Source of the DNA: Paraphysomonas bandaiensis
Taxonomy: Eukaryota; Protista; Chrysophyceae
Direction of reading: 5' to 3'
DNA: 64,000 nucleotides
Assembly: GCA_965644295.1 (NCBI GenBank)
Contig: CBFFRP010000150.1
Span: 124,001-188,000, forward strand
In this document: in pieces, positions 1 to 13,200 of the stretch
Position numbering within the stretch: position 1 is the stretch's first letter
Layout: each line of letters begins with the position of its first letter
Program-made: the position numbers and the translations under genes
The notes under the pieces: generated by a model
Told to the model about the DNA's origin: nothing
Database searches by the model: none
Seen by the model: only the letters and a program-made list of their open reading frames with translations

Positions 1-269
1 TGTGTGCTACATTAGTTATGACTCTTAGACGCCTATTATTATTGCTAATAATCATATATTATTCACTACTACAGAGGGATGTAGAAAACAATATGTTGCA
101 ATATTATTGCAAGGCAGTTTCCCAACAATACTATTGCAAGTGATTAGTGTCAATTTTAACGGCAGTAATACATTAGTGTGTATTCTATTCTAGTCATATA
201 AAGGTTATAGGATAACGAAATTCACTACGCTGCCAAGAGCAGAGATTAAATATACTGCATATTGCTTTG

Positions 270-620
270 CTGGGCTGTGTAACAGTTAATTGGCTATTAA
301 TTTGACACAGGTTGTAGTAAATTATAATTGCCAATATTTTCCCAATTAGTGGCAACTAATTAATACTAAACTATACTCTAGTAGCTAGACATTAGCTGCC
401 AAAATAGCTTGATCAACTGTCATTACATTCCAGTAGTGGCAATTCATACATACAAACATTAGTAGCTTTAAATGCCGAGGAGTCGTACCTTGTGCAAAGT
501 AGTCATATCATTCTTAGCTCTACACGAAAAACGAAAATAGTATTGTTGCCGCTAATCGGCAATTAATTGAAGCAGGTTGTAGTCAATAATTTACTGTCTC
601 GATTTCAACTATAATTATTA
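270..620. mobile_element. Decayed hAT-family MITE fragment(s)
   Basis: ctgggctgtgtaacagttaattgg...gacacaggttgtagtaaattataattg (270-330) and gcaggttgtagtcaat...ctgtctcgatttcaact (573-610) resemble the reverse complement of the right end of the hAT element at 27950-29194. Confidence 0.5.
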
Positions 621-1030
621 CTATTTCCCTTCTTAGCCATCATCGGTGACGTCGTCATCAACACATTCATTCATAATTACTTGAAAGATACCAAGTGTCG
701 TAGGATGTATACTTTTTGCGCCACACTGATAACATTCCTACTCCCCATTTCATTATATAACATTCCTGTCAACTACCAATTATTGTGCTCATGAGTGACT
801 AATAGTATCTCGACTGTATAGAACTACTATATATCCATCGCATGACATACGATTTCAATTATTAATACTACAATCTACAATAGCAAACAAGTATAACACT
901 GTGGTAAATATCGTCGACATATTATTCTATTCGTATACAACTACGACCAAATCAAGCGTCATGAACATATCGCACAGCAGTAAATATTTTATAGCTCAGT
1001 TATGATTTTCGATTGCTAGGTTCTTATAGC

Positions 1031-2731
1031 TCAGCTGCCGGCCCCCCCATGTCATCCTCGTTGTCCATATCCCGCTGCAAAAACTCGTCCGATGGCAGAG
1101 CAGTACGCATATCCCTCCATAGATCACTCAAAGAATCCTCAAATTCTACTACTGTGACAGGTTTGTTCGCATCATCGATCAAATGATTAACACTTCGTTT
1201 GGCTTTGGCGTAGTGAGTCTTATTCTACAATGCAACGTAAGGTTAAAGGTATCTACCTGAAAACGTCGATATATACTACCTGGGTCCACGAGTACGACCC
1301 GTTGGGGGTCCTGGGAGTGGCCTCCCATGGCTTGAGAGATATATTAAGCTTATTTTGCAATATATCAACTTGTTTGTTTTGACTAGCCGTCAGTTGCTGT
1401 ACGGCCCTATTGTATAGTCTTTCATGCACCGGCCCTTCAGACCCACCCCCTTTATATGCCTTCGCCCGGCTGCTGATTTCCGGAACATGGGAAGTTTGTC
1501 CAGTTTTCCCAGTTGCTTCGGTCTCTGCATCGGCATGTTTCTTGCGCATAGAAACAGTTTGTCTGGAGACAGGATCCACTTCAATGACACTACGTTGCAT
1601 CATCTTCTCCTGCAGTTTTTTTGACCTGGCATTGAGCTGAGGGTGGAAAGTCAGCTCTCTCGACTCAATTTCATCAACTATCTGCTTCCGTTGGTCGTTA
1701 CGACGTAGCTTCTCCTAAAATACGTGCACAGAGTTATTCATCAAATATGATATGTAGTCCATAATGGTTCACCTTATGATAGTTAAAGAAGTCGTCTGGA
1801 GTGGATTTCGTTTTACCCATCCGCTGCAGGTATTTCTCGGATGTTTTCGCGCCTTCCCGCTTCGGGGTAAATGTGCAGTTTTCCATTTCTCTCTGCAGTT
1901 ACATGACGAACGGTTCGTAAAAAAATGCCATGTACCTCTTTGACCTCCTCCCGACGTTTCGCCATCGCAGCAGCGCGCTTCGATGCCATCCCGGGTAGCC
2001 TCTGTTGGAGGCTCTTCATTGTCGAGGCCAACTGTAGAGAGGTTGGGTTCATTTCTGGTTTAAAAGAAAGACCATCCAATTCCAGTGCTAACCCTTGGTT
2101 CTGTTCCTTCATTAGAGCACTACAGATTTATTTATTTCCATTATTTCTATTAACAACTAAGTCACAGACCTTTCTTTCATCTTATTTGTGCGATGAAGAT
2201 GATCTACTAATCGATCCCATTGCTGCTCGTTTAATTTCTTTTTCTACACGTATTATATCAGTACATAACATGTATATAATAAATATTTACTTCTTTGGGT
2301 TGAAAGGCAAACTTTTCATTTTGTTTAGCTTCCCACACTTCATATGGAGTTGGACGTTCATAATATCCCTCATCATTCCTGTACATGTCATATTATGTAT
2401 ATGCTATATGATATGTGTTACGTTATATATACATGTATATGTGCAATGATATGTGTATATATGCTATGTATATATATATGTGTATGTATGCATGCATGTA
2501 TCTATATGTACATGTATGTTAAGTTGTATATCTAACATAATCATCTACTTACCGTCTTGTACGTACAGGTGATCGTTGTTCATGGTTTGATCTTTCAATA
2601 TGTGAACTACCCTCTTGACCAATACTGTTTAATAGATCCTCTATTGATATATTCTCATCTTCTCCATCATGTGATATATGATGGGTTTCAATGATACGAC
2701 TTAATTTAGCTAATACATCAGCATCTCCCAT
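1031..2731 (-). CDS. Multi-exon hypothetical protein (low-complexity, FxP / 'ERLY' motifs; possibly cytoskeletal or ciliary)
   Basis: Co-linear minus-strand ORF pieces (MGDADVLAKL..., LSFKPEMNPTS, HERLYNRA) joined by GT-AG introns; ATG at 2731, probable TGA at 1031-1033. Confidence 0.6.
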
Positions 2732-3320
2732 TGTATTGTTATGATAATGATTGTAATGATAGTGTGATGATAGTGGGATGTGATAATAGTAACAGTATAT
2801 ATATATGTATGTATATATGGATGTATGTATATGCATATCCCTCAACTATCCTCTACGTAGACTCTACATACACAGCATACCATGTACAATATACATATAC
2901 TGGCTGGCTGTATATATAGACACTGCTGTACACGGACACTGAATGTTGTACTGCTGTATATACAGAGCAGCTACACTCGCCAAAAAATGATCATCATTCT
3001 ACAACAAACTTCTATATCTTCTATATACAGTATATCAGGGATTTTCAGAACTTAGAAACATAGTATTTTGAATAATAAGCCTATAATTTAATATCCACTG
3101 TATGGATATCCTGATATTTAGGTTTTGATGCACTTTAATTAACGTATTTTCTCATAGTGTACAGCAGTTTGATATATATTCTGTATATATTCTTCTAAAC
3201 AATTATTCCTTTAAACACACACACATACATACATACACACATATATATATATAACCTCATATACACACTATATAACCCTTATATACACATAATCTCCCTC
3301 TATCATCTCTCTTCTACTAT

Positions 3321-4800
3321 ATGTCATCTAGTAAATCGATTCCAAACTTCCCTTATATTACTTATATAGTGTTATGTCTTAGTTATGCTGTATATGCATC
3401 TATACGTAGAATCCCCTCTATAACTATGCCATGGATAACTGATACATTACACATTAATAAAACAGATATAGGCCTTATCTCTACAGCATATTCTACAGGA
3501 TATGGTATTAGTAAATTCTTTGGTAGTATAGCATGTGATTATCTTTCATGTCGTATGGTATTATCTGTTAGTATATGTATGGCATCTGCTGCCTCTATAT
3601 GCTTTAGTACACTTACTGTACCATATCTAATGGCAACAACATGGTTTATACAAGGATTAGCACAGGGTATAGGATGGCCGGCAATATCGTTTCTAATATA
3701 TAGTCATTTTGATGCCAATATGACGGGAACTATTTGGTCCACGATTACTTCGGTATATAGAGTTATATAGTAGTACGAAGATATTCATTAACGAATCGTA
3801 TGTATAGGCAGGCAATGTGAGTTATGTTCTTGCGCCATTACTGCTTGTTCCCCTTATTGGGATGTATGGATGGGCGGTACGTGTGGCTCTTGTCATATTT
3901 TCACTCGAATAATAACATACTGCCAGGCGCCGTTTGTTTGTTTCGGTGTGTGCGGTTTGTTAATGTCTCTAGTAGTGTATATAGCAATTCCAGAGGTTTC
4001 ATCTTGTGGTGCTAGTGCAACTGTGACTTCGAATTCACCCGATGCACCATTCGATTCGAAGTGGTACATAAGTTTGCCTGTAGTTTGTCTCAATCTATGT
4101 AATTGCTTAACGCTGATGTTACTGGGATGTATAGTGGAGTGGGCAGGTAATTGTTGTTTCAAAACAGTGCCAACTAATGAACAACATATTTTAGGACTTT
4201 ACCTTATAGAGTATTGTAATTGTGACAGACCTACGGCAGCAATGATTTTGCTGTGTGCAGAGGTAGTATAACAATATAATTGTGCCTGATTGCCTTACCT
4301 GGTGGCTTGTACAGGTCGGCGGCTTTGTGGCTACATTGCTGTGTGGCGTACTATCAGATAAATATTTCCGGGATCGACTCGATCTGTTTTGTCTGTTGTT
4401 CAGTGTACTAATGTTTCCTGCGCTGATCCTGCTTCCGATCTCGGGATATATACCTCCGATCGAAGGAGAGGATATACAGTCTCGGGTGACTCCTGCCGTG
4501 TTATTAGCATGCGGCTGTTTATTTCTCATGGGTGCGGCCATAAATGGTCCCAAAACACTTATTGGAATTGCTGTGCGACAGCTAGTTCCTCCTTCATCGG
4601 CCGGTCTTGCTAGCGGTGTGCTGGGTATTTTTGCACAAATCGGCGGTACTGCGGCTGGAAGTGGGATGGCCTATATGCTACAGCACTACAAATGGGACTG
4701 CTATATTTCATGCCTCTTCATTATTTCCACAGTTCTGTCGGGGCTCCTGCTATTGTCCTATACGGTGTCGAATAGTCGGAAGAAATCGAAAGTTTCGTAG
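3321..4800 (+). CDS. MFS transporter, organophosphate:Pi antiporter family (GlpT/UhpT/SLC37-like)
   Basis: Hydrophobic TM segments; YGISKFFG..CD, QGIGWPA, GVLSDK and INGPKTLIG motifs; ORFs 3321-3770, 3870-4271 and 4282-4800 linked by short introns. Confidence 0.85.
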
Positions 4801-5770
4801 AGAATAATAGTTTTGCATTATTTAGTGTTGTGCTGTAGGCGCCTTTGATGTTTGTTCTTTTGATGATTATTTGTGATGGTTTAATAAAGAAGCGCGAGTA
4901 ATAGTTTTCAAATAGAACACGTACAAGCTGCATAGGGGCGAGTTGTAACAGTTAAAACTTCTGAGGAGTACGCTTCCAATAACTATTTGTATATTCTTTC
5001 CACCGCGAAAGTATTGTAAATACGCCATTAGCTATTTGGAAAGTAAGTAAAATCCCGTATAACTCAAGTAATATTGAATATAAACTAGGTTATGTATTAA
5101 AGCTGTATATCATATATAAGATATGTAAACTTTGAACTTACTTTGTTGCACACAACGTTCTTTCACGACGGAAAAAATTACTATAATAATTACTAATCCG
5201 TACCAGGAATTGTTTCTGAATAGAATGTCAAAATCGCATAAACGAAATTGTGTTGAGTTTTTCTGTTTGTGAGCAATTAAAAGCCGTAGTTTCTAAGATA
5301 TTTGAGATACTCAGTCGTAGCTAACCGTATTATGAGAACCAATGGTATGATAGCTGAAACTGAAATATATTGACTGTACAAGATAGTGATGATGTAAGAT
5401 CGTACTAGAAATGTCTGGTGTAGAGATAAACCGAGTTCATGAATGACAATGAATGATATCTTATAATCTAACCTCGTTTATTACTAAGTTCAACTACTAT
5501 GTCATTTTCTAACAATTTGTTGCATATAATAATATTGTTGAACTACGCATAAAATACTTTTTCTCATCAGTAATCTACAGAAATGGATAACATTATATTA
5601 TAGGGTATACTGAACTAAATAATACAAAAGATGAATATTAGTATATTTTTTTATGTGACATTAACTTCTATAATACTGGCACATCAATTGTAGAATTTTC
5701 TCTTACGATACATCTTAGTTACAAAGCGGCATTGATTACTAGACATAATAATATCAAACTGAAAATTTTA

Positions 5771-7564
5771 TTAACTGGGATCATATCCTCTCTCCGCTGA
5801 CAGAACCCGCAGACGCTTGACCATTTCCCCTACTACATAATCTGGAGACCATTTTAACACAGCTTCACGACCTCTAGCAGCTTTGACCCTTGCAGAAGCG
5901 AGAGTTCCACTTTCGCTTGGACAAGACTCGCGCACGACTTGTTGAAGGATATCCCTCAATGCAGCAGAGTCAGGGATAGAATAGCCAAAATCGTCAAGCT
6001 GGTCCATTACAGGGATCATGTACGCACTGTCGTTGTCTGCAAATACAGCCGGTCCAGAGCAATTCGACACAATGACTGGCACGTTCATTGCCATTGCCTC
6101 TACAACAGGAAGTCCCCATCCTTCTCCGCGCGTTGGGAGCACGAAGGCATCTGCGCTAGCATAGAGGTTTCTGACATCAGCACGTGACATTGCCATACCA
6201 TCGGTGTTTTCTTGTTCCCACTTCACCGCAGGCAGCTCGGATAATACTTTTCCGTAGCGCTCCATGGCATACTGTGCAATCAGTGTTGTAATGTTTCTCT
6301 CACCTTGAACCCATGCCGGGACATAAGTGTGGAGACGAAGCAGCACTGGGTCATCCGAAGTAAACGCAGACCAATAGGAATCTAATAGTAGATCCCATCC
6401 TTTCCGGCGTTCCCATTTGAATATTGACAAGAATTCAAATGTCATAGAACCTTCAATGGCTTCACCACATAGAGAATTACCCGACCACAAAGGGCGGTCA
6501 CGACGGCCTAAAGATGGGTCAAATAACTCTGTATCTACAGCTTCAGGTATCACATGAACCCGTGGGTTAACAAACCCAACTGAGGTCAAGTATTTCTCGA
6601 AAATATTCCGGTTCCAATCTGTAGGTACCCATAATTCGTCCATCTTTGCGGCACACTTCATCACAGCAAGTTCATCGACATTCATCCCTCCACCAAAGTG
6701 TCCCCGCTCAACCATAAACCGTCCAATTCTGATCTCCGACACAGACGGTTTCAAAACAGTATAGTTCAGATAGAAACATGTTGTGCCGTGAAAAATTTTA
6801 ACCCTATATCAGAGTGATCATTATCAGGTTCGAGGTGTTTGGAAATATACAGACCTGGGCTTGGGAAATCTTGCAACTGAGTTGGTATTTCTTAGCAGAA
6901 GGCTTCCCGAAGCAACTATAGTGGTGTTATATTCTCCAGTAGACCTCAAGGCTATCAGTTGTTGAGATGTTACACTAGAGACAAGAGACCCTTTGAGTTT
7001 GCAGTGGGGTTCCAAACCTTTCGACATACACTCTTGGTCGCATTCAAGCGCCCACCCAATGCATATACCCGCGTCCTTACAGGCTTCGTAACAAGCAACA
7101 GGTGAATGAACACCCGGGACCACTGACCGTCCCATGTTAAGAAAAGTCTCGTGTATACCTTCGTTCCCATACTCGATATCAGCAGCGAGATTGCTGTTAA
7201 TTTCACCAGTATTATCAACATGGAGCACTTCCTGTCGACCGGAATGAATTATTTCTTCCCTCTTCGAGTTATAAAGAGACAATAAACTCCTTTGTTCTTC
7301 ATCGAATAGCAATGATAATATCTGACTATTACTAACTGCAGACTCATTAAAATGATTCGTAAATGACGATTGCATCACTTTCACTTCTGGAAGATGTTTC
7401 TTTAGTGCAGAACTGATTCCCAATAGCTCTAAAAAGAAACCTGTGAATGAAAATTGTCGCCCTTGAAGCACCCATGATACTTCTATTTCAAAGGGTTTGA
7501 TGAGTGAAGTGGATTGCACCATTGCACATAAACAGATCATTGCAATCACTAATATGGACTGCAT
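5771..7564 (-). CDS. GT4 (GT-B fold) glycosyltransferase with signal peptide and Cys-rich (PAN/apple-like) segment
   Basis: FLSIFKWERRKGWDLLL and FVLPTRGEGWGLPVVEAMAM motifs; hydrophobic N-terminus; intron near 6805-6853. Confidence 0.85.
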
Positions 7565-8183
7565 CTTAACACCACTGTGTGTATATATATAATAGAAGTG
7601 ATTAATGAATAGAGATGGATTGGTCTTGCATGGTGAGTATCAGAAGAGGGAATGATATCTTGTTATCTCATTAGTGGCGATGCTTATTCCACCGCACCAT
7701 CATCATTGTAATGTGAGAGCAGTACGCTGCAGCAGTGTATATGTTCACAGTGAAAGTAACTGTTGACTTGTATGATTTTCAGTTTATATCACCTAAATAT
7801 CCCCAATATTTAGACATACTTTCCTGATAGTAGATATATAGATATCCTCACAAATCATTTTTAACCCTATTCATATGATTTGTTACTTATTATCCAATCA
7901 TTTCACTTGATATACTATACGAGTAAGTATATGGGTGAGATGTGTTTCATACCTCATTCATTCTTCATATACCATATACAATAAATTGCATACGATATAA
8001 AACTTCAAGTAGGGAAATATCCTCGTTCAGATTTCAGTCAGTTGTGGCTGGTGGTTATTATTACCGTCTAGATTCCATTATCTCTCACCATTATCAACTG
8101 CTATATTATGATACTATAATCAACTATAACTATCATAATTATGTCATAACTATTACTTATAATATTCATTCATTAATATCATA

Positions 8184-9344
8184 ATGAATATTAAGAAATT
8201 TATTATAGCATATGATTTATATCTTTTATTTCAAATTATTTTAGTATTATCAGCTTATATACTTATTGGTATACTATTCTATACTTTTGTAGCTCATATG
8301 ACACCATTTGAAGCATTATACTTCACTGTTATTACATTTTTTACTATAGGTATGACTATTATCTTGCTTATACATAACTTACTGATAGTCATCTATAGGA
8401 TATGGTGATATCGTCCCGCGTACTAATGTAGTGAAGTTATTCACTTGTGTATATGTATTTTGGGGATTAGGTATTGTTGCTGGGGTTATATCATGGATGC
8501 TCGATATTTTGGTACAGTACCATAACGAAAAAGTACGTAACAAGGCAAAGGAAGATATAGATGGAGAAGAGATACTATTTTAGCCCCCCCAAGTGAATGC
8601 TGAAAAATTACAACCTCCACAGTCTTCTATAAAAGCGGCTCGAATGAAAGTTATTAAAAAGTCTTTGGTCAGCATATTCGTTTTGGCTGATATTGTGGCT
8701 GTAGGGGCTCTTTTCTATTCCACGATAGTTGACAATTTTTCATTGGTGGATTCAATATATTTGTCAACAATGACGATATCATGCGTAGGGTACGGAGATA
8801 TCTATCCCACAACAGCAATGTCGAGGATTTTTACCCTATTCTATTGTGTTATTGGCGTGTGTGTGACTGCCAATGCCTTAGGAAGTTTTAACAGTGCACT
8901 TAAAGAGTACCAGCAGTCTGTTGTTGAAGACAAAGCATTGTCTAATACATCACTTCATCAGAACAGCTTTCGCATAATGCTGAAAGAAATTAAATCAACT
9001 GAGTGTGATGATACTACGCGTCCTATGGATGAAATTTCTCAGGACACGTATATTTTATACAAGCTCATGAAAATGAATTTAGTTGATGAGGTGTGTATAT
9101 ATCTTGTTTAATATATTCTTGTTTATATCTTACATGTTAGGGTATTGTTAATCGTATAAAGCTTCAGTTTGACAGACTAGATAGAGACGGTTCAGGGACC
9201 TTGAATAGTTCTGATATTATGAATTTTAATGCCATTTCTGAAGATGTCTCCACAGTTCGGAAGCGGTGGATTTCTCCAAGCGGGCCAAGTGGAGAGTGTA
9301 AAGTAGCACCTGCCCAAGAATCGGACTGTGTACAACAGTGGTAA
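8184..9344 (+). CDS. Two-pore (TPK/K2P-like) potassium channel with C-terminal EF-hand
   Basis: First pore TIG|YGD is split by an intron; second pore SCVGYGD; EF-hand loop DRDGSGTLNSSD near 9180-9215; a further exon may extend the gene to about 9441. Confidence 0.85.
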
Positions 9345-9724
9345 GAAATTTTGTTTTACTGTGACTGTTTTAAAGTTGATCACAAGGGATGCCACACAGT
9401 CGTTGAATGAATTACGATCAGGCGATGTGACGAACGTATGAGTTCGATATTTTAACTACTGGTGCTAGAAGCTAGAGTACTCTGCTGTTTTATCGTATGT
9501 GATTTGGATAGCTCTATCTTACATACTAGATGAAACAAAGCTTAATATTTTGCGCATACTGTAATGCGGCGTCAGTCGTAGTTTTAGGAATAATCAGGAT
9601 GCATTTTTCACGGCTCGTACAGAGAAGAGAGAAGTACCACATCGCGTAATAATTAATTTGAAGTAATTATCTAAAATCTAAATTATTTATTCTCACTAAT
9701 GACGAAAAACAATCTGCGAGTAGA

Positions 9725-9871
9725 CTATAATATTCGTGTATATTGTACTTAGAGAATTACTTGTAATTCTACAATATTATTATAATAAGATATTACCACT
9801 TTTCGCTTACATTTTTTCAATTTTAACTTGTAGTAAGTATGTAAGTATTCAAAGCATTGCGACTCACGTGC
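9725..9871. repeat. Repeat A, copy 1 (direct copy at about 15833-15968)
   Basis: Near-identical ~140 bp, tattcgtgtatatt...caaagcattgcg, at both sites. Confidence 0.85.
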
Positions 9872-10131
9872 ACACCTCACAGGTCCTACCCGACAGAGCA
9901 CTGGACTGCCCAGACCTCCACAACGCCGACGACTTCGACAACTCTATCTACACCCGCGGCCCCACAGGAGCACAGTAACACAGCCTACACACCCAACTCC
10001 TCCTCCCAACAATCCCCACCACTCTCAACCCACACATCTGGAACTAGGTGCACTCAGGACCCTAATCCAGAACGCTGAGCCCCCTCCAACACCAATGGAG
10101 ACCCATCCCAAAGGGAGACCCCCAGATCAAT

Positions 10132-10282
10132 AGCGCCGGTGAGTCCACGGACACACGATAAAGGCGAATTTCATATCACACAAAAAGAACGGAAGTGGTT
10201 GCACCTTGGTGCTTGCGGCGACGCACAAGCAGCTTTCGTAGCGTCAAATAGTAGGATAAAAGAGTTTGTATTGATTAGTTAC
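10132..10282 (-). repeat. Repeat B, left part (split by Copia-1; continues at 15737-15815)
   Basis: Reverse complement of 16012-16234; also homologous to about 27662-27835. Confidence 0.8.
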
Positions 10283-13200
10283 TATTAGAATATGGACTGT
10301 ATCCTAGTATATTCAATGTGGTACTTGAAGACAATGTACGAGAATACAGTGAAGTATGGTGATGTGTAGATGCTGTTATGATATTGAGAAAACTGAAATA
10401 GTTTGCTCTTTCAAGATATGTTTAGTAGCGAAAGGTCTACAGAAGTAGTGATTTATGCATGGCACAAAACGAGCTTGTGTTGTTTAACACAATTCGTGTA
10501 AACGATATTAATAAATCTATCTAGTCTAACAACTTAATCTCTCTTTGATCTAAGTAAAATGAGCATTTCCCAACATGGTAGCGAGCGAGGAGGAGAGAAG
10601 GAGGATAGAGGAGTAGTTCCTCAGTTCAACGAGACTAACGTTGAACAATGGATTGAGGACTTCGAGACATTCCTTATGAGGAAGGAACAAAGCGAGGTAG
10701 CGGTGGAACTGCCACCTAAGGAGAGCGACTTCGGGGAGCAGCCACTTACGTTGATGGAGGAGAAGGCGTACAGACAGGCTGTGAAGAGGTATTGGAAGGC
10801 GAACGCCATAGCTTATTCTTACTGCAGGGATGCGGTGCAGCATTCCCCGAAAGCGCTGCGTAAATTCCATCTTACCCACAAAGCGTTCAAGGCAGAAGGG
10901 AGTGGTGTAAACAGGTTCAAAACACATGTAATGATTGATGAGTTGAAGAAGTGTTTTGCTGGAGGGAAGCAAAATAGGATCAGTGACCTCTTAACTCAAT
11001 ATGGTTCTTTCCGTATGCGTCCGGAGGAGACGGCGAAGGACTACGTACTACGGTTCGAACTACTGCTGAAGGAACTACAGGAGCAGCAGCAGGATATCTC
11101 GGAGGTATCAAAAACAAGTCGACTACGAGAAGGCTTGCTCAATGAAGAGTATGCTCAACTGAGAGTTGGATTATACTTGATGGATGATGATGTTAATTAT
11201 GTAACTGTATCACGTAAGATAGAAGGCTATGATGATACTATGGCTGGGAAGGAAGCGTTGGAGAAGAAGCGTAAAAGAGTGGAGGAGCTGAACCTGATAG
11301 ACAGTAAGAAACGATATCGCAGAGAGAGGGATCATCGTAAGAAGAACAACGGTAAGAAGAAGCCGATGAAGAAGGATACAGAGATTACAGGGCAGCGACC
11401 TGGAAGTGCCGAATATACTGGGTGCAGAAATTGTAAGTCAAAGGAACATCTTGCCATCGATTGTCCAGCATCGAAAAAGAAGTACTCGCAAAGCAAGAGC
11501 AAGGCTGTGAGGTTTCAAGATGGAAGGAAACCAGACAAAAGACTACTTACAGTTGAAAACATCAGGCGTGGAGAGCCAGCGGATTTGTCTGACGAAGACG
11601 AAGCAAATATGATCGAGCAACAGGAAGAGTATCACTTGTCATGTAATGTGTATGAGACGAATATATGCAGTAGTGTGCATGAGGATATTCACTATACATA
11701 CATTGATACCTGTTGTTCGTCATCAATGTTTTTGATAAATGATGTGAATATACTTGATAGTCATATGCACACATCAAAGGTTATTAATGGTTCGAAAAAA
11801 GGGTCAGAGATATGCGTCACGAGTGTAGGTTCCCGTGGAGCATGGAAGAACATTGAGGTATCAAGTCAGATAAATCGGTGTCTTTGTTCTGGACGGAAGT
11901 TGAACGATATGGGATATCGATTTACTGTATGGTATGGTATACAGATATATGACAGAAATACGGATGAGCTGGTGTTGGAGGGACCTATGAAGAATGGAAT
12001 GACTGCTGTGCCAACACAGCAGTTATTGGAGCTTCCAGACGTATCGACATCCAGTGATTCAGAAGTAAATCTCAGTGACCGTACGGGTGAGGATGAACTG
12101 GAGCTGTTACATAGGAGAGCGGGTCATTTTAACAAGCATGCGTTGGTAGAAGCCCACAAAAGAATGCTAATTATTGGGACTGGACTGAAACGAAAACATC
12201 TCTCGAAACGTGTTTCCAAAGAACAGTGTCTATGTGATGTATGCGCCAGGGCGAAGATCACCAGAGTAAGTTTTCGGACAAAGGATGAGGACTCCGTTCG
12301 TCCAAATTTCTCGGCCGATATAGCAGTATACTTAAATTGTCCAGCTCGAGGAGGGGAAATATATGTGCTCAAACTAACACACCATGCCAGTCGGATGTTC
12401 TGGTCGGAAGGGCTTGTTCATAGGACTGGGTCATCGGTACTGCAGGTTTTCAAGAAGATTTTTGAAGGAGATGTGAAAAGGTACAAATTAGAAATGCATC
12501 ATTACCATGCAGATGGAGCAGGGGAGCTAATATGTGATGAGCTGCGACAATATCTTAGGTCACAGGGTTGCTATCAACATACGTGGAGCTCTACGGACTC
12601 TCCTGAGATGAACGCGATTGAGGAGCGGAAATTCAGGACCTGTGGTGAGATGACATTAGCGATGCTGATTCAGTCAGGATTGCCTTCACAGTTTTGGCTA
12701 GATGCCTACATGGCAGCCAGGTACATATTAATTCGATTGCCTACAAAGACAGCGAAGGGGTATATGTCCCCTCTTGAATTTTTGACTGGTGAGGCTCCCA
12801 ACCTGAAATATCTCAGAGTATGGGGGTGTCGTGCGTATGTCCTCACTACAAAGGCGGATCGACGGAAAGACTGGGACGACAAGGCCCTTATCGGATATCT
12901 GATAGGATATTCAGATGAAAAGGTAGGATATGATGTATATCTACCTGCGACTGATAGGGTCGTCACGTCGGTACATGTATTAACTGATGAGTCCATACCG
13001 TCACGCTCGGAGAGCTATTTCGCTGAGATAGATGCTCTTCGAGTGAAGGAGGCCGAGAGACCGAAAATTGTGTCTGACTATGCGGGCTTAGAAGGTACAT
13101 ATCATATTGATGATGAGGATGGTCTTCTCTACAAGACCACGAGAGTAGTAGAACGAAAGGGGGTAATAGTAGCCTATCGATCTCTGGTAACTGCAGGTCG

